In this document: positions 19,601 through 30,763 of the stretch, in pieces
Layout: the number at the start of each line of letters is the position of its first letter
How positions within the stretch are numbered: the first letter of the stretch is position 1
DNA from: Nitrosopumilus sp.
GTDB taxonomy: Archaea; Thermoproteota; Nitrososphaeria; Nitrososphaerales; Nitrosopumilaceae
Length of the DNA stretch: 64,000 nt
Reading direction: 5' to 3'
Assembly: GCA_965207075.1 (NCBI GenBank)
Contig: CBDBLO010000002.1
Location: 1,472,001-1,536,000 of the forward strand
Made by a program: the position numbers and the translations under genes
Notes under the pieces: model-generated
Database searches by the model: none
Told to the model about the DNA's origin: nothing
What the model saw: only the letters and a program-made list of their open reading frames with translations

Positions 19601-20026
19601 GCAGTTCCAAGCGCGGTTTTGTTAATAAGTCGATGCAGGCCGGCGCCGCAGACGCGGCGCGCCGGCCGTCGCCCCACGTGCGCGTCCCGCAGACGGGAGG
19701 CGGGCAACCTGCAGCCGGCATATCCAAGTGCGCCTGGACCGGGTCCCCCCTCCTCCTCCCCCACCCCAACCCTCTTCCTTCCCCTTCCCCTTCCCCGGGG
19801 CCCGCGGAATACTGCCATGACGGGGGCCGCCAAGGGCATCAGGGGACGGACGCGGCAGGGACTGCGCGCGCCGACTATTGCCGCGCACGTTACAAAAAGA
19901 TGGCCCGTGGGACAAATTATTTTGAACGTGGTCGCGACTGGTTATTCGGGAGGGGGGGGATGCGCCCGCAGCGCGGGTTTCCCCTTACGAATCCTTAATT
20001 AGGGTCGGCCATCAGGCCAGACATTC

Positions 20027-20620
20027 ATGGGCAGAAAGGAGAGGAGGGAGCGCGAGCAAAAGCGCCAGAGTTATGCGTCAAAGCACTCTGCCGAAAAGAG
20101 AAAGCACCTGCTGATTGCAATGGGGGTGCTGGCAGTAATCGGCTCAATTGTGGGATACGCGGTCATCGAGTTCATCAACCTGCCGGGCACGGCGCCGGGG
20201 GGCCCCGAGAACGCAGGGGCGATAGGAAGCGCGCACGACCACACGGCAATCCTGGTCGAGATCTTCAACGGCAGGTTCGACTTTTCGGTCCCGTCATACC
20301 AGCTAAAGTCGAGCTGGATTCACTTTGAGGGGAGGGACGGATCCACGATTCACAAGCATGCAACCGGGGTTACCATGGGGTACCTGTTTGAGACCCTCGG
20401 GATAAGCATAGACGAAAGCTGCTTTGTGTTCCCGGACGGCAGGCAGTTCTGCACAGACGACACGTACAAGCTGGTGTACATGATAAACGGCGAGGAGGCA
20501 GAGGACATACGCGAATACGAGCCCATGGAGGATGACCGCATACTGATATCATACGGGGCGACGCCGGAGCAGCTGGAGATGCAACAACTGCGCCTGAACA
20601 ACCAGATCATAGTAAGGTGA
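20027..20620 (+). CDS. Membrane-anchored hypothetical protein
   Basis: Basic N-terminus, one TM helix, then soluble domain with HDH and IHKH motifs. Confidence 0.8.
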   Translation: MGRKERREREQKRQSYASKHSAEKRKHLLIAMGVLAVIGSIVGYAVIEFINLPGTAPGGPENAGAIGSAHDHTAILVEIFNGRFDFSVPSYQLKSSWIHFEGRDGSTIHKHATGVTMGYLFETLGISIDESCFVFPDGRQFCTDDTYKLVYMINGEEAEDIREYEPMEDDRILISYGATPEQLEMQQLRLNNQIIVR

Positions 20621-20689
20621 CGGCCGAGCGGCCATTATCACATCAGAATAATAAAATGCAGAGGACCGGATGCTCCCGGCCCCCGCGGA

Positions 20690-21601
20690 TCACTCATCCA
20701 TCAGCGCTCGCAGTCCGGCGCACCTATTACGCACCGTAACCTCCGTCACGCCGGATGCCGCAGAGATGTCCTTTTGCGTCTTGGCCTCGCCGCAGCTTGT
20801 GCACGCAAGGTACAAGGCGGCGGCTGCAAGCCCCATGGGGTCCTTGCCGGCCGCCATACCCTTCTTCTTTGCCGCCGTCAGTATCCGAGCAGCAATCCTC
20901 TGCGTCCTCTCGCTGAGCCCCACTAGGCTGGCAATCCTGGATATGCCCTTTACGGGGTCTACTACGGGCATCTTGAGGTCGAGCTCCCTGAATATCAGGC
21001 GGTAGCATCTTGCCACGTCCTTGCGCCGAAGGTTCATCTCGTCGGAGATGTCATCAAGCGTCCTCGGCGTCTCGGCGTTGCGGCATGCCGCATACATGCA
21101 TGCGGCCACCAGCCCGCCGATAGTGCGCCCCTTGACGAGCTTCTTCTCCATGGCCTTTCTGTAGATGTACGCGGCGTTAGTCACGACCGCGTCGTTGAGC
21201 GCAAGCTTGTACTTTAGCTTGCCCATCTCGTTGAGTGCCTGGCGCAGATTCTTGTCGGCCGACGTCGGGGCCTGCGTGCGGCTGTCCCACGTCCGCAGGC
21301 GCTCAATGGAGCTCTTTATGCCCGCGGCGAGCGGCCTGCCTGTCGAGTCCTTGTTTGAGGGGCCGATCACGGTGGAGAGCCCCATGTCGTGCATTGTCAG
21401 CGAGGTGCTGGCGCCCGTACGGGCCCTGTTTGACTCGTCGTTTGAGAACGAGCGCCACTCTGCCCCCATGTCGGCAATCCTGTCGTTGACTACCAACCCG
21501 CACATGCCGCAAAAGATCTCACCGGTGCTGTCGTCAGTTACCATCTGTCTGCAAGTGCATATCGGGCATCTTGCGGCTTGTTCATTCGTGTTTTCTTGCA
21601 T
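20690..21601 (-). CDS. tfb: Transcription initiation factor IIB
   Basis: N-terminal zinc ribbon, EWRSF, two cyclin repeats, GKDPMGLAAAALY, VTEVTVRNR. Confidence 0.97.
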   Translation of the reverse strand: MQENTNEQAARCPICTCRQMVTDDSTGEIFCGMCGLVVNDRIADMGAEWRSFSNDESNRARTGASTSLTMHDMGLSTVIGPSNKDSTGRPLAAGIKSSIERLRTWDSRTQAPTSADKNLRQALNEMGKLKYKLALNDAVVTNAAYIYRKAMEKKLVKGRTIGGLVAACMYAACRNAETPRTLDDISDEMNLRRKDVARCYRLIFRELDLKMPVVDPVKGISRIASLVGLSERTQRIAARILTAAKKKGMAAGKDPMGLAAAALYLACTSCGEAKTQKDISAASGVTEVTVRNRCAGLRALMDE

Positions 21602-21901
21602 GCCATAGTTACCACATTGTTCCTTTTATCCATTTTTCATAATCTCTAGGTATGTAATACAGGCATGAACGTATTCGGAAGGGGTGGGCCGGGGGGGGAG
21701 GCCGAACCCGGGAAGCCCCGCCTTGCTCCTTGCCATCCGGCCCGAGTCTGCTGCTGCGCACGTAACCGGACACGCGCCGGACGCGTCGGCGCTCCGCGCA
21801 CGATCATGCACCTTCGTCCTGCGCGGCCGCCGCGCCACGGTGGCCGCTGCCGGCGCAATAGTTGCACGCGCCGGAGGCGCCATAGTCACTCGCGGGCCGA
21901 G

Positions 21902-22336
21902 TCACTCGCGGGCCGAGTCTCGCGCCAGCCTGTCAAGGACGGACTCGATCTCGCGTATGGACCACCGGATGTCCGCCGCCTGGTCGGCCGTCAGCGCCCC
22001 GTCCCACGAGCGCAGTACCGCGTCTGCCATCTCCGATGAGTGGTACAAGAGGCCCCAGTACGGGTGGTGCTCCGCGGTGGACTGCGCCAGCTCCGCCACG
22101 TCCTCAAGGCCGCTTGCCGCCCTTGCCCGGGGGGTGGCTTCGGGGCCCGTCAGCCGAATGATCCGGTTCTCTGCATCGTGCTTTACCCTGAGCGCGATGC
22201 CGCTTTCGGCGTGGCGGCGGACAAGCCCGATCAGCTCGTGGTAAAACGCATGGTATGCGTCGAGAGGGCCCTCGCGTGCGTCGTCGTCGTCGCTGCCGTT
22301 GCCGCCGTTTTCAGACGCGCGTATGTCGCAATCCAC
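21902..22336 (-). CDS. Hypothetical protein
   Basis: 144-aa ORF with LAQSTAEHHPYW segment; ATATTTAT box upstream. Confidence 0.7.
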   Translation of the reverse strand: MDCDIRASENGGNGSDDDDAREGPLDAYHAFYHELIGLVRRHAESGIALRVKHDAENRIIRLTGPEATPRARAASGLEDVAELAQSTAEHHPYWGLLYHSSEMADAVLRSWDGALTADQAADIRWSIREIESVLDRLARDSARE

Positions 22337-22395
22337 ACAGTGCGGTGCGGTCGCATAAATATATTCAGTACGCAGGGCTCGCGCCTCGCGTCACG

Positions 22396-22800
22396 CTACG
22401 AGCCCATCATGCCGACCATCTTCGGGAGCTCGCGGTACGTCTTCATCTCGTACACGCCGTTGTCGGCGCTCACGGTTACGGCCTGCATCGGGTTGTCCTC
22501 GGGGGGCGTCAGGAGTATCTTCTGCCCCGGCTTCAGTACCGGAAGGTCCTGCGCGTCGCCGGAGCCAAAGTTGACCCGGACGTTTGTCAGGGGCTCGGAG
22601 CCCGTGTTCTGAACCGTGACGCGCCCCACAATGAAGAGGCTTTGCTGATCTATTATCGGATCCACAAACACAGAGTATTTCTCAGTCGATATGCTCATCT
22701 TTACCACGTCCATGCCAAACACCAAGGCCATCATGACGATCGCCCCGGCGACTATTCCGATTATCGCGGTGTACGCCATCATGACTCGCGTTACACGCAC
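22396..22800 (-). CDS. Membrane-anchored beta-sandwich-like hypothetical protein
   Basis: TM helix then VTVQNTGSEPLTNV (Ig/CARDB-like pattern); start uncertain. Confidence 0.75.
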   Translation of the reverse strand: MRVTRVMMAYTAIIGIVAGAIVMMALVFGMDVVKMSISTEKYSVFVDPIIDQQSLFIVGRVTVQNTGSEPLTNVRVNFGSGDAQDLPVLKPGQKILLTPPEDNPMQAVTVSADNGVYEMKTYRELPKMVGMMGS

Positions 22801-23536
22801 TTGTAATTAACTAATTTTACGGGCGCGGCGGGATTGCATAGTCAGCTTTCTATGAATTAGAGAGTCGATAGGTCACGGCCGGATCCCCAAGCCTGTCCTC
22901 GAACCCAGGCCTGCCGAATAAAACAGTCCATGTCGTGTCGGGGTGCCGCTGGTTTTTTTTTTTGCTGTACCCTGACGCCGGTCATATTAACAGCGCGAGC
23001 TCGCTTATGGCTATCGCAGCTACGTCAGCAGACATACTGGCTGTATATATGATCAGTATGGCCAGCGCCAAGATTACTGCGGATCTGACGTATCCGAATC
23101 CGTTCAGTATACGGATCGCTTTTACATGCAGCAGGAGCGTCCACCCTATGAGGAGCAGTCCGACGGCATGTTGTATAGTGCCACCACCGAACGCAAACCA
23201 CGTAGTCCTAGTCAGCCCGTCATGGAAGAAGGGCTCCGGAACCGCAAGATCGTACAGGCCCCATGCTGCACGGGCCGCCACAATCCACAGCACGACGGGC
23301 ACCATACAGTACGCCAGCGTCGGGAAGGCTCTTCGAAGGCTGCGGTTTCCGCCCCACCTCCTTCCAATCCAGAATATTCCAAGGAGTGGCAGCAGTACAT
23401 CTATGGGGCTCGTAACCAAGGCATGTAGAGCGCCATCCCACGCGATCCCGCTCATCCAGGCTCCAAAGACATTCGGGGGGAACAGCGCGCCCAAGACAGC
23501 CACGGACACAAGTACCGCAACGGACGGCGCAAGGTA

Positions 23537-24630
23537 TAGTGTGACGCAAAAGTCTTCGCGGCTGTCAGAACTGTGTGCGCAACCTTTTTTGATCACCGAA
23601 TACGTCGCCCGGCATGGATGAGAAAGACAGGGACCTGCTCATTCGGGCCTACAAGGCAGAAAAAGACCACCTCATAGGAAATAGGATCCACGCAGTCTGC
23701 ATGGTCAAGATCAACGGATTGAAGGCATCCGAGGTCGCCTCGCTGTGCTACTGCGACGCGCGCACCGTCTCCAGCTGGGTTCGGCGCTTTGACAAGGACG
23801 GCCTTGCAGGCCTGAAGGACAGGCCCCGTTCGGGCAGGCCTCCAAAGGTGGCGATGAAGAGGATCAGGAAGATCGTTGCGGGAGGAGGCGGCATCACGAC
23901 GCCAAGGGTGCTCAAGAATGCCATACGCGAAAGGCACGGGGTGGAGTACCACATAACAAACGTCAGGAAGATAATGCACAGGCTCGGCATGTCGGCCAAG
24001 ACGTCCCAGGCGGTGCACGTCAACCGGGCGGAGATGGAGGAGATCAGGGAGTGGCAGCGGGACACAAAAAGGCGGATCGCGTACCTGAAATCGCGGGGAT
24101 TTGTCACCGCGGTCGTTGACGAGTCCATATTCATCAACGACCCGGGAAGCGGCGTGAAATACTGGTCGCCGAGGGGCGTCCCCGTCATAACCGCATACAA
24201 TGGAAGCCACGACAGGGTAGTGGCGTACGGCGCGCTCACGACGGACGGCAGGCAGTTTGTCAGGACGTACAAGGGATTCGACAAGGAGACGTTCCTGAAG
24301 TACCTGAAGGCGCTGGTCGGCCACTTTGGCAGGACCGCGGTAATCATGGACAATGCGCCGCAGCACAAGGCCAGAATCGTACGGGAATACCTGGAGGGGG
24401 AGCCAAACGCGAGGATCATATGGCTTCCCAAGGCGACGCCGGAACTCAGCGTGGTCGAGGAGTACTGGCACCAGTCAAAGCGTGATCTGCTGGTCAGCGA
24501 ATATTACTCGACGGTGGTGCATATGCGCCGTGCCTTGTCAGAGTATTTTAGGACGGCGCGCCCCAAACTCGATGCAATGAAATTCATCAATAGAACATCC
24601 CTACCCCGCAAAAACTTTTGATCGTCACTA
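23537..24630 (+). mobile_element. IS630-family insertion sequence (1094 bp)
   Basis: Imperfect TIRs TAGTGTGACGCAAAAGT / TAGTGACGATCAAAAGT; TA duplication at 23535-23536 and 24631-24632. Confidence 0.9.
23614..24621 (+). CDS. IS630-family transposase
   Basis: HTH with RSGRPPK; DDE triad VDES / MDNAPQH / PELSVVEEYW. Confidence 0.95.
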   Translation: MDEKDRDLLIRAYKAEKDHLIGNRIHAVCMVKINGLKASEVASLCYCDARTVSSWVRRFDKDGLAGLKDRPRSGRPPKVAMKRIRKIVAGGGGITTPRVLKNAIRERHGVEYHITNVRKIMHRLGMSAKTSQAVHVNRAEMEEIREWQRDTKRRIAYLKSRGFVTAVVDESIFINDPGSGVKYWSPRGVPVITAYNGSHDRVVAYGALTTDGRQFVRTYKGFDKETFLKYLKALVGHFGRTAVIMDNAPQHKARIVREYLEGEPNARIIWLPKATPELSVVEEYWHQSKRDLLVSEYYSTVVHMRRALSEYFRTARPKLDAMKFINRTSLPRKNF

Positions 24631-25024
24631 TATGTTGCAGGATTGCAGGATATGTGGCGGAGTGTCGCGGTTGGCCGCACCATTATGCCATAAAGCGCCA
24701 CAGCTGCGCCTTGCATGCCCTTCCCGTTCACGTCAGCCGTCATCCACGCGCCACATCCGCTATTCTTGCAGGCCTGACGCACCCCTGATCCAGTCGGAGG
24801 TTGTCAGCATCGTAGACGCAAACCGGATGGGTTCCTCCCGCGTCCGCTCCTGAAAAAAAGGAGCGGCGCCACAGCGTAATTGTAGATCCGGCCCTCATGC
24901 GCGGGTTGACGGATCGGGCTATTTAACCAGCACGGAAGGCGCAAGGAGTGGCGCACCGCTGATCACGAACGTTACAGCAAAAAAAAAGGCAATGTTATAA
25001 TTGACTCGGGGCTGCGTGCATCCC

Positions 25025-26776
25025 ATGAGCATATCGAGCAGGAACGTAGTAGAGGGCACGGCAAGGGCCCCCCACAGGGCCATGTACAAGGCCATGTCCC
25101 TGACAGACGAGGACCTTGCAAGGCCGTTTGTCGGAGTGTGCCACACAGGCAACGAGGCCACGCCGTGCAACATACACCTGCCGCGACTTGCGCTCAAGGC
25201 AAAGCAGGGCGCCGCTGACGCGGGCGCCACGCCGCGCGAGTTTGCCACCATTGCGGTAAGCGACGGGATAGCCATGGGGCACGAGGGGATGAAGTCCTCG
25301 CTCGTATCCCGCGAGGTGATAGCCGACTCCATAGAGCTGATGGTAAGGGCGCACCAGTACGACGCGCTGGTGGGAATAGCAGGGTGCGACAAGAGCCTGC
25401 CCGGCACCATGATGGCGATGGCGAGGCTCGACATACCCTCCGTCTTCGTGTACGGCGGGACGATAATGCCCGGAATGCTCGACGGCAGGGAGCTTACCAT
25501 AGTTGACGTGTACGAGGCAGTCGGATCGTACGACGCGGGCAGCATATCGCTTGAGCAGTTGAAAGACATAGAGAATGCCGCGTGCCCCAACGCCGGCTCG
25601 TGCGGCGGGATGTTTACTGCAAACACGATGGCGTCCATATCGGAGGCCATAGGGCTCGCGCTGCCCGGAAGCGCAAGCCCCCCCGCCGAGGACGAGAGGC
25701 GCGAGGCGATGGCGTACGACACGGGGGCGGCGTGCGCAAGGCTGCTGCTGGAGACGGGCATACGGCCCCGCGACATACTGACGCTCGAGTCATTTGAGAA
25801 CGCGATTGCGATGCTCAACGCGGTGGGCGGGTCAACGAACGGCATACTGCACCTCCTGGCGCTCTCAAGGGAGGTCGGGGTGGACCTCACGTACGAGGAC
25901 TTTGAGAGGATCAGGAAGAAGACGCCGCACATTACCGACATGAAGCCGGGCGGGAGCTACGTGATGAACTCGCTTGACCGCATAGGCGGCATACCGCTCG
26001 TGATGAAAAAGCTGCTTGACGCGGGACTGCTCAACGGGGACTGCATGACCGTAACCGGAAAAACAATATCTCAGAACCTGGCGTCCGTGGCGCCGTACGT
26101 TCCGGCGGGACCGGATGGCTCCAAGCTGCAGGAGGACAGATACGGTGGTGGCAGCGGCGCCGGCGCGGCCGAGGCCCCCGGCATACTGCGCGACACGGAC
26201 AGCCCCATACACAGGACGGGCACCGCCGTGATACTGCGCGGCACGCTTGCCCCCGACGGGGCCGTAATCAAGACTGCGGGTGTCGAGATGACCACGTTCG
26301 AGGGAAGGGCGCGCGTCTTTGACCGGGAGGAGGCGGCCTTTGAGGAGGTCTCAAGAGGCGGGATCGTGCCGGGGGACGTGGTGGTGATCAGGTACGAGGG
26401 CCCAAAGGGCGGGCCTGGAATGCGCGAGATGCTCGCCACCACGGCGGCCTTGGTGGGCCAGGGGCTCGGCAGGCAGGTGGCAATGGTAACAGACGGCAGG
26501 TTCTCCGGGGGGACCAGGGGGTTCATGGTGGGCCACGTGGCGCCCGAGGCGTACGTCGGGGGCCCCATAGCGCTGGTGCGCGACGGCGACACGATCGTCA
26601 TAGACACGGAGTCAAACCTCATAGACGTACGCGTATCAGAGGGTGAGATGGAGTCAAGAAGGGCCGGGTGGCAGAGGCCCCCGCCCAACTATACGCACGG
26701 CGCCCTTGCAAAGTTCGCGTCACTCGTGGGCTCTGCAGCAGAAGGGGCGGTTACAAGGCCCGTCGTGCGGCAGTGA
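25025..26776 (+). CDS. ilvD: Dihydroxy-acid dehydratase
   Basis: [42 protein letters not shown] and TDGRFSGG motifs. Confidence 0.97.
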   Translation: MSISSRNVVEGTARAPHRAMYKAMSLTDEDLARPFVGVCHTGNEATPCNIHLPRLALKAKQGAADAGATPREFATIAVSDGIAMGHEGMKSSLVSREVIADSIELMVRAHQYDALVGIAGCDKSLPGTMMAMARLDIPSVFVYGGTIMPGMLDGRELTIVDVYEAVGSYDAGSISLEQLKDIENAACPNAGSCGGMFTANTMASISEAIGLALPGSASPPAEDERREAMAYDTGAACARLLLETGIRPRDILTLESFENAIAMLNAVGGSTNGILHLLALSREVGVDLTYEDFERIRKKTPHITDMKPGGSYVMNSLDRIGGIPLVMKKLLDAGLLNGDCMTVTGKTISQNLASVAPYVPAGPDGSKLQEDRYGGGSGAGAAEAPGILRDTDSPIHRTGTAVILRGTLAPDGAVIKTAGVEMTTFEGRARVFDREEAAFEEVSRGGIVPGDVVVIRYEGPKGGPGMREMLATTAALVGQGLGRQVAMVTDGRFSGGTRGFMVGHVAPEAYVGGPIALVRDGDTIVIDTESNLIDVRVSEGEMESRRAGWQRPPPNYTHGALAKFASLVGSAAEGAVTRPVVRQ

Positions 26777-26850
26777 CGCGGCGGCAGCGTCGGAGGCCAC
26801 AAGGCGGCGCGCGGCTCGCTCCTGCCCCAGGCAGCTCCCGCCAAGGCGCA

Positions 26851-28533
26851 TCACGCGCTCCCCGCCTGCATGCCCAGCATGTCGCGATACGACAGCGGCA
26901 CCGAGTTCCGGGACTGGGCCAGCAGCCTGTCGGCCGCCGCGTCGAGTATGTAGGTCCTGGCCCAGTCCTGCTCGCTGCGGACGGAGCGCCCGAGTCCCTG
27001 TAGCAGCTTTGTCAGCGTGCGGGACGCATACCAGCGCGGAAACTTCCTCATCTTGGCCCTCGTACGCTCCTCCGAGTAGTTCGGGTACGGCACCTTTGCG
27101 ATTATCTGGAACCGCGACATGTCGTCCTTGAGGTCGACGCCCTCCCACAGGGACGAGGAGAGCAGGACGCTGCGCGGCTCGTCCCTGTGCTCGGCTATTA
27201 TCTCGCCCTGCGTTCTGCCGTCGGGGTTGGCGCTGTGGCATATCTTGACGCGGCGCCGGTTGCGCTCTGAGAGCCCCTTGAGGATGTAGTAGCACTTTGA
27301 TACGGACGACGTCAGGACAAGCCCGCGCGCGTCGGCGTGCTTGTCCATCAGCTCGTCTATCTTCGATATTACCGCCGCCTCGTCGGCCGGCGTGCTGCGG
27401 TAGTTGAGGTGCCTCACGCGCAGCATCTCCACGGCGCGGTGCTCCAGGGGAAACGGTGACTCGGGGGTGTCCACGATCGCGACCGAGTCCGGGTCGAGCC
27501 CCATGTTCTCGCAAAAGCTCGGCTTGTCGATGGTGGCAGACATGAACAGGTTGTGCTTGGAGGTGAAGAACTCCCCGGCAAAGCCCGAGACGTCTATCGG
27601 CTTTATTGATATGGTCCTTATGTTGCCGTCCGCGTCGGTCTCGGGCCTGTTGACCACAAAGTTCCCCATGTCCGAGGAGATCTCCTGCCTTGCATGGGCC
27701 GCCTCCTCGTAGATGGACCGGAGCCGGCTGAGTATGCGAAAGTCCGGGAGGGACTCAGGCGATACCGACTCCTCCACGTCCCGGATTCGGCCCGAGTAAT
27801 ACTTGGCAATCTCGGTAATGATCCCAAGCGTGTCTTCCACGCTCCCAAGGTCGTACCGGTCGGCGTGGATCTCCGCCTCCTCCAGGTGCCGCTGCCGTAT
27901 GTCGTATCCGATGAACTGGACTATCTGATCCTCTAGTGTGTGGGCCTCGTCGAATATAGAGACGGGCCTCTCCAGGTACTGTCCGAACAGCGACTGGCCG
28001 AACTTTATAATCTGAAAGTACGACGAATAGTTCCAGAGGGAGTGGGGCGAGAGCAGCCCCCTGTACTTTTGCACATAGTACGGGCATGGCTCGGAGGGAC
28101 AGTCGTCTTCTTCCACCTGCTTGATCGTGGGCTTGAACCTGCATGTGTCTACGATCTGCTTGCCGCCGACCGTCTTTTTTATAACGCAGCGCCCTTTCTC
28201 GCACGTCATCCCGTTGCGCGCCGCGTACACCTCGTCGTCCATCTTCTGTTCGGACATTATCTGGTGGCAGGCAAAGTTCGACTTGCCCTTGACGGGGCTG
28301 AGAAGCGCAAAGTCCTCCACGTACTGGTTCTGGAGGTTTTTTGAGGCCGTGACCACAAACGAGCTGCCGAAGTGGCGGGCCACCGTCACGCCCACAAGCG
28401 ACTTGCCCACGCCGGTGGGGGCGCACAGTACGATGTTTGGGTATCCGGATCCGATGCACGACTCTATCTCAGAGAAGATGCGCTTCTGGATCGGGCGCGG
28501 CACGAACGGGGCCGGAACCTTGTCCTCCAACAT
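26851..28533 (-). CDS. DinG/XPD-family SF2 helicase
   Basis: APTGVGKS, DEAH, SAT, WEGVD and QGLGRSVRSEQD motifs, Cys cluster; ATG at 28533. Confidence 0.93.
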   Translation of the reverse strand: MLEDKVPAPFVPRPIQKRIFSEIESCIGSGYPNIVLCAPTGVGKSLVGVTVARHFGSSFVVTASKNLQNQYVEDFALLSPVKGKSNFACHQIMSEQKMDDEVYAARNGMTCEKGRCVIKKTVGGKQIVDTCRFKPTIKQVEEDDCPSEPCPYYVQKYRGLLSPHSLWNYSSYFQIIKFGQSLFGQYLERPVSIFDEAHTLEDQIVQFIGYDIRQRHLEEAEIHADRYDLGSVEDTLGIITEIAKYYSGRIRDVEESVSPESLPDFRILSRLRSIYEEAAHARQEISSDMGNFVVNRPETDADGNIRTISIKPIDVSGFAGEFFTSKHNLFMSATIDKPSFCENMGLDPDSVAIVDTPESPFPLEHRAVEMLRVRHLNYRSTPADEAAVISKIDELMDKHADARGLVLTSSVSKCYYILKGLSERNRRRVKICHSANPDGRTQGEIIAEHRDEPRSVLLSSSLWEGVDLKDDMSRFQIIAKVPYPNYSEERTRAKMRKFPRWYASRTLTKLLQGLGRSVRSEQDWARTYILDAAADRLLAQSRNSVPLSYRDMLGMQAGSA

Positions 28534-28803
28534 GGTATTGGTTGGTGCCGGTGCGTCAGTATTAATACCATGATGCGGCGGATCGGGTCCCGCCAAGGCA
28601 GGCGGCAAGCAGTAACTGCCGCTGTCACCGGCAACAGCGCAGCAGCAGCGGTTGCAGCAATAACGAAAGCGCCAGTGCGGTAACAGAGCTATCCCTTCCC
28701 CTTCTCCCCCTCCCCCCTCCCCGCGCACGGCACGGCGGCCGTGCCAAGCACGCCGAAACCTGACCTCAGTCAAGGTTAAAACGCATAACAGACATACAGT
28801 GAT

Positions 28804-29025
28804 ATGCACCAGTGCTATTATTGCAGCCAGATATTTGACACAAAGGAAAAATTATATGATCATTTAGAGATCCATACGGACGCCGAGCGGAACAGCGAGA
28901 TCATAGCAAGAAACAAAGAGAGGGCCGAAAGAGCAGAAGCAAGAGAAGAAGACAGCGACGAGGCAGAGGCAGGCGACGAGGCAGAGGCAGGCGACGGCAG
29001 GAGCCGCACGGCGGAAATGGAATAG
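28804..29025 (+). CDS. Small C2H2 zinc-finger protein
   Basis: CYYC-x12-HLEIH followed by an acidic tail with an 18-bp tandem duplication. Confidence 0.8.
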   Translation: MHQCYYCSQIFDTKEKLYDHLEIHTDAERNSEIIARNKERAERAEAREEDSDEAEAGDEAEAGDGRSRTAEME

Positions 29026-29123
29026 AAGCGGCAATGCAGGAATAGCCGCACGCGGCCATGCACGCAACACAGATGGAAAAAAGTGTCAGTTACGATAAAC
29101 GGCGGCGGCGCAAGGTGTCTTGA

Positions 29124-29687
29124 TCATCTCCTCAGGGCCTCACGCAGCATGTCATCAAACCTGCGCTGGGCCTCACTGTCGGCCCCGTGCCGCGTGTCCC
29201 TGTCGTACCGGGCCTGCCGCGCTGCAAGCACGGCCTCGAGTTTGCGCACCGCGGACTCTACCACAAGCGCGGAGTCCTCCTTTGCATTCTGCATTCTCTG
29301 ATCCTCGTTCCTGCCGCGCGTGGGAAAGCGCCTTCCGCACACGGAGCTCCGCACGCGTCCGATCTCCTCGCGCATTACGAGCTCCCCAAGATCAAAGTGC
29401 CCTTGCTGGTGGCACAGCGCTGCATCGTCGCAGTCAGGGCGGGCCCAGGAAAGAACAGGCCAGAACTCGGTGGCTATGCGGAGATCCAAAACCTCAAAGA
29501 GAATCGAGCCATCGGCGGACTGCTCCGACCCGACCGTCCACCTTGGCCTGTAACGTATTGCGCTGTAGGCGTCCTCGAGCTCGGCAGGATTCTGCTCGGC
29601 CTGAAAGTCAGCCCACGACAGCGTCAAGCCGGGGGACCACGGAATGGGATCGGGGCGGCTCACGGCATATGGTACCTGTGGCGTCAT
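29124..29687 (-). CDS. DUF922-like protein
   Basis: PWSPGLTLSWADFQ, LCHQQGHFDL and QARYDRDTRHG pattern. Confidence 0.75.
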   Translation of the reverse strand: MTPQVPYAVSRPDPIPWSPGLTLSWADFQAEQNPAELEDAYSAIRYRPRWTVGSEQSADGSILFEVLDLRIATEFWPVLSWARPDCDDAALCHQQGHFDLGELVMREEIGRVRSSVCGRRFPTRGRNEDQRMQNAKEDSALVVESAVRKLEAVLAARQARYDRDTRHGADSEAQRRFDDMLREALRR

Positions 29688-30206
29688 AATGGTATTGCGG
29701 CGGTGGCGGCGGTAGCCGGCCGGCTTGCCTGCCGGATGGACGGGCCAAACCGCCGCGCGTGCGACGGCCCCGGTCAGGACGGTATTTTTTGGCCTGATTG
29801 ATCAAAAAATCACACATCGCTCAGGATATAACGCGCCGGCAACGACACATCAAAGCAGACAGCGGAGGCAGGTTGTTTTATTGCCAGGCGCGAGCCACAC
29901 GCAGTCCCCCAAAGGGCAAGACTGGCAGAGGCCTGACCGGCATGCCTCCAAGTTCGGACGGCACGGAAGGCGCGCCTCCCCACAGGCAGGGCCCTCTGGT
30001 CAGGCCCGCGGATCTCCCCTCCGAGGGGCCTGCACCCGCCGCCCGGACACGACATCAACACACGGCGGCAGCGGCCTCTGGCCGCAAACGGCCGCACCAT
30101 ACAACTGCCCGACGTGGCAGCGGCGGGACGTCTGCCGACACCAGATGCCATGCGGGACGCGCGGTGCAATCCCAAACATTAAGTATTCACGAAAAATTGA
30201 TCATTC

Positions 30207-30740
30207 ATGTCACATGACAGGGGCGCGCACGGCCGGGAGCGCCGTTTTTCGAGGCCCAGGAGGCGCGAGCCCTCCCCGCCCGTAGAAAAAAGGGTCGAGA
30301 TGTTCATACTGAGAAACTCCCGGAACGGTTACTTTACAAAATTCTCCACGATTATGACAAAGTTCAACATTACAGAGTCAGAGACGTGGAACCTGGTGGG
30401 AATGCTGCTCTCCGCAGGCAACCTCGAGTCAATACACGATCCGACGTCGGGGGAGATGAAGATATTCGAGGTCGGCAAGAAGTACGAGATACTGAACACC
30501 GGCAGGAGGCGCAGGATCGAGGAGAAGGAAGAGGGCAGAAGCGGCCACCAGGGCGCGGGCGACAGGCGCGGCGGCCATCCCAGGGGCGGCAAAAGAGCGC
30601 AGGGCGGCGGCAGGGAAGAGGGCGCCAAGAGGGACGGGAGGCGGCCGAGCGCCAAGAGGGAGAGCCGAGGAAAGGCGGAAGTCCAACGGCGCGGCACGCG
30701 CGGAAGCGCCAATGGCGCGCGGCGGCCACAAAGCAATTAA
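30207..30740 (+). CDS. Hypothetical protein (wHTH-like core, Arg/Gly-rich tail)
   Basis: Globular-looking core VEMFILRNSRNGYFTK...; ATTAAGTA box upstream. Confidence 0.6.
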   Translation: MSHDRGAHGRERRFSRPRRREPSPPVEKRVEMFILRNSRNGYFTKFSTIMTKFNITESETWNLVGMLLSAGNLESIHDPTSGEMKIFEVGKKYEILNTGRRRRIEEKEEGRSGHQGAGDRRGGHPRGGKRAQGGGREEGAKRDGRRPSAKRESRGKAEVQRRGTRGSANGARRPQSN

Positions 30741-30763
30741 TTTGAGATCGCCTCAAGTCAGGC

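Larger units (their letters stand above)
22982..24782 (-). pseudogene. Yip1-like membrane protein gene interrupted by IS630
   Basis: Removing the IS and one TA rejoins ...RHISCNPATY-LAPSVAVL... in frame, giving a 234-aa multi-TM protein. Confidence 0.8.

Noticed and set aside
22891-22910. GGGTTCGAG hairpin as a tRNA fragment or att site
   Set aside because: No proper T-stem or acceptor-stem continuation
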